In this document: positions 5,914 through 10,912 of the stretch, piece after piece | Numbering within the stretch: position 1 is the first letter of the stretch | Layout: each line of letters begins with the position of its first letter | Source of the DNA: Leptolyngbyaceae cyanobacterium | Lineage (GTDB): Bacteria > Cyanobacteriota > Cyanobacteriia > Phormidesmidales > Phormidesmidaceae | DNA length: 10,912 nt | Assembly (NCBI GenBank): GCA_965263355.1 | Contig: CBDHHL010000021.1 | Location: forward strand, 1-10,912 | Direction of reading: 5' to 3' | The notes under the pieces: generated by a model | Databases searched by the model: none | Seen by the model: only the letters and a program-made list of their open reading frames with translations | Told to the model about the DNA's origin: nothing | Program-made: the position numbers and the translations under genes

Positions 5914-7641
5914 TTAGCACATAAAAATCAACTGTTTACGTGCCCTAGTAGCTGCGGTGTACAGCAGCTTTCGAGGATCCCAAGTTTCGTCAAATTTTGC
6001 TTGTGCGTTCGACATAAGAGTCTTCATGTCAAGCACGACAATATCTACTGTTACGCCTTGCAGCCGATGGCAAGTGCTCACATAGCTGTAACTGGCCTTA
6101 TCAGCAAAGTTGGCCAAGTCAAAGTAGTCTATCCACAATCCCGTTTTAAGCTTTTGATATTCATACTGCTGTAAAGGTTCGCCGTTCTTCTTTTTCCACC
6201 AATTTTTTAAACCAAACTCTTCCCAAACAGCCTTAGCCTGCTCCCCTTCCTGTCCTCTAATACCTGTAGATTTACGACTGCGGGTCTGAGTAACTTTTGC
6301 TCGGCTAGCTAGCTGCTTACATTCAAGCTGCCATTGGTCGTACTGAGCTGGGTTGAGCAAACATATTGCTTTTCGTTCCGAGAACGGTAGCCCTGACTCA
6401 TAACGCCGATACCGAAAAATCATCCGGCTAAATTTAGTACCAAGCTTTGATGTCATCTCAAATGACTGGTCTGTAAGAATTGTTCCAGAAGTGCCAAGAC
6501 TTACATATGCACCCGGTCCGCATAGGTCGCCAAGTTCTAAAAGTGTGCTGGTGTGCTCTTCCAGCTTCGATTTTTTCCCACCGCAAGCAACGTCATAAGC
6601 ATATGAACTGCTACGGCTAACAGCATTCAACGTCAACACAACATCCCCTGGATCGTAAAATAGTCCAGACAAATCCCCATCTTTGAGAATGCCGCGAATC
6701 TGATAATTAAGGGCCATCACCCTAGCGTTAGTCGCTGCAGCAAATCGGATAGACTCCCCAGCTGCGTACAGTTCTTTAAGTTGAGGCATGACTTCCCACT
6801 CTTGCAGAACCATTAAAGTGTCATCTTCCTCCACTCGCTGATGCAGCCAGTTGTAATCTCGTTCAGTACGAACCTTATTGCAGTATTCAAGAATTGCGCC
6901 CTTATAGCGAACAACCTCTGTTAACTCTTGGAATGACGGCAAAGACTCAACCTTGCTAATTGTTTCGCCAATAGGTGGCAGCTGAGCAGGATCCCCCAAG
7001 AAAATAATTTGAAAGTCAGGGTGCATCACTGGGTCATTCGCTAGTTCGCAAAAAAGCCCATATAGAAGCTTGTCGATCATTGACCATTCATCAACTAACA
7101 AAAATCTGACTTTCTCTATTCCTTCCTTGAGCTTTCCGCTAGGCACAAACGATTGAACTTCAGCGTCTGAAGCGTTACGACGTATCAATAAAGCATCAAT
7201 TAACGCCGATTCATCCGTACTTCTAAGCTCTTCCTTAATGCCTAAAAGGACATCTAATTTATCTTGGTCCTTTCGTTTGAACTCAACTGTCTTAGGCCGC
7301 AAACCAAGCAATGAATGAGCGGTAGTCACTTCAGTAACAGCACTTCCCCTCAACGAGTTCTCAATCACCCCTTTAGCTTGATGAGTAGGAGCGCAAGCCC
7401 AGACAGGACCATTAATAAGCCCCTCTTCAATAGCAGCCTGCACAACATATTTAATCACGGTGGTCTTTCCCGTCCCAGCAAAGCCAGTCACACGAGCAAG
7501 CTTAGAAGGCTTAAGCCTTAGCCATTCCAGTACCTCAGCTTTAAGAACCTCTTGCTGGCCTGTCAACGTTATTTTTGGCGATTCGTCATCGCCAGTAGCC
7601 ATCAATAATGACGACTGAATCGCCTCAACCATACAAATCAC
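5914..7641 (-). CDS. SF1B 5'-3' DNA helicase, Dda/RecD2-like (start may be 7641, 7632 or 7602)
   Basis: Motifs Q (LTGQQ), I GFAGTGKT, Ia APTHQAK, Ib TAHSLL, II LVDEWSMI, III GDPAQLPPI, IV LTEVVRY, IVa AATNARV, V TCHRLQGVTVD, VI LLYTAATRAR. Confidence 0.93.
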   Translation of the reverse strand: MICMVEAIQSSLLMATGDDESPKITLTGQQEVLKAEVLEWLRLKPSKLARVTGFAGTGKTTVIKYVVQAAIEEGLINGPVWACAPTHQAKGVIENSLRGSAVTEVTTAHSLLGLRPKTVEFKRKDQDKLDVLLGIKEELRSTDESALIDALLIRRNASDAEVQSFVPSGKLKEGIEKVRFLLVDEWSMIDKLLYGLFCELANDPVMHPDFQIIFLGDPAQLPPIGETISKVESLPSFQELTEVVRYKGAILEYCNKVRTERDYNWLHQRVEEDDTLMVLQEWEVMPQLKELYAAGESIRFAAATNARVMALNYQIRGILKDGDLSGLFYDPGDVVLTLNAVSRSSSYAYDVACGGKKSKLEEHTSTLLELGDLCGPGAYVSLGTSGTILTDQSFEMTSKLGTKFSRMIFRYRRYESGLPFSERKAICLLNPAQYDQWQLECKQLASRAKVTQTRSRKSTGIRGQEGEQAKAVWEEFGLKNWWKKKNGEPLQQYEYQKLKTGLWIDYFDLANFADKASYSYVSTCHRLQGVTVDIVVLDMKTLMSNAQAKFDETWDPRKLLYTAATRARKQLIFMC

Positions 7642-7661
7642 CCAAAATCTCTACAACCACA

Positions 7662-7690
7662 ATAATAGCAACCACAACCATACCTGTAAA
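7662..7690 (-). promoter_or_regulatory. Sigma70-type promoter for the helicase-to-small-ORF operon
   Basis: Minus strand: TTTACA (7690-7685), 17-nt spacer ending in TGC, TATTAT (7667-7662), about 20 nt upstream of the helicase start. Confidence 0.65.
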
Positions 7691-7758
7691 GACACTTGAC
7701 AAAAAATAAACGCCACTGACAGGCCAGCAAGCGAGTCCTTCAAAAGCAAAAATCAGAG

Positions 7759-8303
7759 CAACTGGCACACTAAAAAGCAAATTTAACGACAGAATGCGGG
7801 TTTCAGCGCTTTTTAGCTTTAGTGCATCAGTACTATAGTCTTTGGGTAAAACTTAGATTCTATTTAACAGACGTTAACCCCCTGGATTCTGCAAAAAAGC
7901 ATTCAAAAAATCACTGGGTTTCACCTACTAATCCACTGCTTTTCAGTAGTTATTTCATAGTTATTTCAAGCGCTTTTTATCGGCTGTATCCCTTGCTATA
8001 TATACGTTTCAGCTATTTCTATGCTTTAATATTTTATATATTTCAATTTCAAACTTTCTGTTTTAGAAATAGATAGAGGCTAATAGGGCATAGATAGGGA
8101 GCACTTCCATAGAAAACAGAAAGTTTGAGCCAAAAAATGGCCGTTTTGATAAAAAAATCGCTGAAACCATTGATATAAAAGGATTTCAAAATTCAAGTTT
8201 TAGTGAAATTCCTAGGAATTTACTAATGATTTTTGTGAAAAAACTGATCACTTTTTGGGCTTAACTACCACTAGTCCTACAAATCACTATCAACTGGCAC
8301 ACT
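7759..8303. other. Putative replication origin (non-coding, AT-rich, symmetric repeats)
   Basis: Lies just downstream of the primase-helicase. Contains a 16-bp perfect IR (8049-8064/8113-8128), inverted GCTGAAAC-type boxes (7983-8013, 8160-8190), tandem TAGTTATTTCA x2 (7947-7968), a 16-bp palindrome (8206-8221) and flanking 13-bp direct repeats (7759-7771, 8291-8303). Confidence 0.6.
8049..8128. repeat. 16-bp perfect inverted repeat TCAAACTTTCTGTTTT / AAAACAGAAAGTTTGA with a 48-bp purine-rich spacer
   Basis: Read directly from the sequence. Confidence 0.9.
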
Positions 8304-8456
8304 CAACCAGGGTTTTATGAAGACAGCCTACTTGGTGTCATTTGATACATCGCTAAGCTTTTCTTAGGTCCCCTCGTTCTAGGAAAGGGGAGGGGGGATG
8401 CGGCGGCAGTTTTGTTTTGCTGGCTCTAGGACTGGTTGCAGCGGTCGATATCGGCC

Positions 8457-8494
8457 AAAGTAAAAGCGCCTCAGGTTTGGTGGCCTGAAGCGCT
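8457..8494 (-). terminator. Rho-independent terminator of the primase gene
   Basis: Minus-strand RNA AGCGCUUCAGG-ccaccaaa-CCUGAGGCGCU (11 bp, one U-G pair) followed by UUUACUUU, 30 nt after the primase stop. Confidence 0.8.
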
Positions 8495-8524
8495 CGTGTA
8501 GTTGTCTGTTTCGATGTTTGTAGT

Positions 8525-10774
8525 TCAGTTGAATAGTCCTAGCATTTTTCTAATGTCAACGTCTTTTAGGGGAGGCAGTGTTAGCGGTATGCCTTCTCCT
8601 GTCTTCCTCTGAGTTTCGGCACCGGCGGCAAGGATATATTTTTTCCAATTTCTCATTTTTAATGGTTTGCAGCCTGTGTCAATCACCCATTCTTTATAAC
8701 GGTTGTACCAGACACTAATTATCTGAGTTTGAGCAACGGATAGTTCTAGATGTTCCATCCATTCGTAGACAGTATTTGACTCTGCCAAGTGACGTTGCTG
8801 TAATGCTATATTTTCTTCAGACTTGAGGTGGGTTTTTAGTGTTTCCACTGCTTCATCTAGGGAGATAGCCCAAGCCCAATTAAATATTCCTGGTAGCTCA
8901 GCTTTTAATTTGTTGGCCAGCTCAGTATCGATCTCGGTAGGTTTGCGGCTAAATGGGATATATAGTACTCGCCTACTAAGTCCTTCTTGGTCAGCTGCCC
9001 TGGACTTGATCGGCTGGTTCATGGCTGCCCATAAGACAGTTCTAAATTCTTCTGTTCGTTTGTCTTTATATTTAGCTTCTACGTCCAGGGGTTCGTTGAC
9101 ACAGATTGAATTAATATTTCCAACCGCCTGACTGCTCAATTCGCCTTTGAGGTCCATTGCAAAGCAAGCCCGTTTGCCGGACATCCCGTTCATGCCGCGA
9201 GCGTCATTTACATTGTGATAGTTCCAGGCGGCATAACTGCCCTCCCCTACCAGCTGTGTCAACACGCTCAAGAATGTTCCCTTACCAATGCCAGCTGGGC
9301 CAATTAGAACAGGCCAGATATGAACGGGATAGGGGCCTTGCTCTTTGGGCGTGATTGTCCAACGGATAAGGGCTTGAATAATCTCTGGCCACTTTTCATC
9401 ATCTTCGAATATCCAATTTAGCCAGGTTAGCCACTGGATGCATTGGGCCTCAGGGTCATAGGAAAACCCTAATGTCTGAGTAATATAATTTTGAGGAGAG
9501 TGTGGGATAAGCTCTTTTTTATTAAGCTCTAGCACTCCATTAATAAATCCTAGTAGATGCGGCTGGTCAAATTGGTCTTTGTTTAATCGGGTTTTGTTTT
9601 CTACAAACCTCAGTTCTTGCGCCGCGATCGCACGCTTCCTATTTAGCCAGTGCTGGGCATCAGCTATTTGTTCGGAAAGTAATTTCCAGGCTTCCTCGCC
9701 TACGTCTTTCCAGACACCTTCTGGATAATATTGACGTTTTGAATAATCAGGGATATTGGCATAAATCCCATGCAAGGATAGCCAACTGATTAACCCCCTA
9801 ACATGATGCTGTTTATTAATAGGAGTATCTTTGTGGGCATCGTCTCCCAATGGTTCAGCCGCAAACAGGCACTCAGTATCTAATGATTTGTCTTCCCACT
9901 TGCATTTTACTAATGGCAATGCATGTCTTAACAATTCCTTTACTGGCGATTCGCCCAATAGCATAATTGCGTCATCTAAGCCTAGTTTTTTGGTCTTTTT
10001 TTCATTACTAAGCTTCAACCGTGTTGGAAGCAGTGCATATTTTAGCTTTTTAGCTAATGCTAGTGTTCGGGTAGGCGCTCGCTCATTAGAACATGTCTCG
10101 TCTATTTCGAGCTGATGATAAGCCTCTATTAAGTTTCCAGCCAATGCTTTAATGGCCCTAGCGACTTGATGTTTGTGGGTGATATCGCTATCAAAAACTA
10201 TGGTTAAGGTTTGCGCGGCTCTAATATCAATCTCATCAACCAGGCATCCTAGAGCACGATTACCCCATTCATCCTTATCGCCAGTCTTGTAACTGTCAAC
10301 TCCTCCAATCCCTATACATGGGATATTACAGAGTGTTGCTAATAGGCTTTTTTTCTCGCCCTCTGCTAAGGCCAGGTTAAGTCCTGAAAACTTAGTAAAA
10401 TCTACTTTGTTAGCCACTCTCGGAAAATAAATCCGTGGGGGCGCTCCTTTTGGGGATAGATATTTGCATTTTGGGCTTGGCGGGTTGTCTGGCCTGAGTC
10501 TAAAAAATGGCCTGCTATCATCCCCCCATCGATATACGTCCTTGCCGTCAATCGTGAAATAAGTGAATATCAGACCGGCCCTACCGTGGCCTGTGAGCGT
10601 TCTAGCTAAGGCAGCATCAGCGCTAAATATGCCAGCTACTAGGGCAGCACTGGGACTTATACCGCTTTCTGCTAAATGACTAACGTGATGGGCTTCTAGA
10701 TAGTGCTGCTCGGGCAGCTCGGGAATAAACTTGCGTATTGACTTCCATCCAAAATCAGCTCCTAATCCACTCAT
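8525..10774 (-). CDS. Phage/plasmid primase-helicase, P4/D5-like (DUF3854 TOPRIM-type primase + D5_N + SF3 helicase + C-terminal wHTH)
   Basis: RLRPD...KYLSPKG, LAEGEKK, IGIGGV, IVFDSD, KLGLDD (DUF3854/TOPRIM); LLGFINGVLEL...PHSPQNYIT...YDPEAQC..W (D5_N); Walker A GPAGIGKGT, VEAKYKD, motif C AAMN, Arg finger LSRR, ELPGIFNWA. Confidence 0.93.
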   Translation of the reverse strand: MSGLGADFGWKSIRKFIPELPEQHYLEAHHVSHLAESGISPSAALVAGIFSADAALARTLTGHGRAGLIFTYFTIDGKDVYRWGDDSRPFFRLRPDNPPSPKCKYLSPKGAPPRIYFPRVANKVDFTKFSGLNLALAEGEKKSLLATLCNIPCIGIGGVDSYKTGDKDEWGNRALGCLVDEIDIRAAQTLTIVFDSDITHKHQVARAIKALAGNLIEAYHQLEIDETCSNERAPTRTLALAKKLKYALLPTRLKLSNEKKTKKLGLDDAIMLLGESPVKELLRHALPLVKCKWEDKSLDTECLFAAEPLGDDAHKDTPINKQHHVRGLISWLSLHGIYANIPDYSKRQYYPEGVWKDVGEEAWKLLSEQIADAQHWLNRKRAIAAQELRFVENKTRLNKDQFDQPHLLGFINGVLELNKKELIPHSPQNYITQTLGFSYDPEAQCIQWLTWLNWIFEDDEKWPEIIQALIRWTITPKEQGPYPVHIWPVLIGPAGIGKGTFLSVLTQLVGEGSYAAWNYHNVNDARGMNGMSGKRACFAMDLKGELSSQAVGNINSICVNEPLDVEAKYKDKRTEEFRTVLWAAMNQPIKSRAADQEGLSRRVLYIPFSRKPTEIDTELANKLKAELPGIFNWAWAISLDEAVETLKTHLKSEENIALQQRHLAESNTVYEWMEHLELSVAQTQIISVWYNRYKEWVIDTGCKPLKMRNWKKYILAAGAETQRKTGEGIPLTLPPLKDVDIRKMLGLFN

Positions 10775-10797
10775 ATTTATTAAATTCCAGGAAGCCC

Positions 10798-10901
10798 ATT
10801 ATATTTGCTGCGTTTTATATAATGGCATTGCTTTACAAGCATGGCTGTATTTTTTCTTTTTTGTCAAGCCCCTTGACAAACTTGATTGTATTTTTTAGTG
10901 T
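10798..10901. promoter_or_regulatory. Divergent promoter region with back-to-back TTGACA boxes forming a palindrome
   Basis: TTTGTCAAG-CCC-CTTGACAAA (10860-10880). Plus strand TTGACA-17 nt-TAGTGT (10873-10901). Minus strand TATAAT at 10803-10798, upstream of the primase ATG. Confidence 0.55.
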
Positions 10902-10912
10902 TGTACTTGTAA

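Noticed and set aside
7315..7521. 68-aa plus-strand ORF
   Set aside because: Antisense to the helicase Walker A region; Ser/Pro-rich shadow.
7822..8076. 84-aa plus-strand Phe/Tyr-rich ORF
   Set aside because: Composition follows the T-rich repeats of the putative origin; no SD; opposite to all real genes. A membrane peptide cannot be fully excluded.
7642..8524. CRISPR array, tRNA or known ncRNA in the long intergenic region
   Set aside because: No regularly spaced repeat-spacer units and no cloverleaf. The GCTGAAAC-type boxes resemble motifs near cyanobacterial CRISPR leaders, but no array or cas gene is present.
9140..9180. Primase Walker B ending in Asp (ACFAMD) as a sign of an inactive helicase
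   Set aside because: An acidic residue is retained; Walker A, motif C Asn and the Arg finger are intact; such variation occurs in SF3 helicases.
8823..10115. Plus-strand ORFs 8823-9131, 9157-9354 and 9831-10115
   Set aside because: Antisense shadows of the primase-helicase.

Overview
The window is the DNA replication/metabolism region of a cyanobacterial mobile element (phage, prophage or phage-plasmid). Five HIP1 GCGATCGC sites, a cyanobacterial-type TnpB and a DUF3854-type primase point to the host. All credible genes are on the minus strand. In order of transcription they are: P4/D5-like primase-SF3 helicase; intrinsic terminator; an ~880 bp repeat-rich probable origin; Dda/RecD-like SF1B helicase; KilA-N protein; Cys-rich small protein; a mitochondrial Pol gamma-like protein; 5'-3' (flap) exonuclease; Xre-like and ArsR-like HTH proteins; several coupled small ORFs; and the left end plus 5' part of a tnpB-only IS200/IS605 element. 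Two observations stand out. (1) The Pol gamma homolog is an intact 512-aa ORF that keeps all 3'-5' exonuclease catalytic residues but has lost the polymerase motifs and most of the thumb and fingers, so it looks like a repurposed, polymerase-dead Pol gamma. (2) The KilA-N protein ends in a diverged copy (28/72 identities by hand) of the primase's own C-terminal domain. Family assignments come from manual motif recognition, not database searches.
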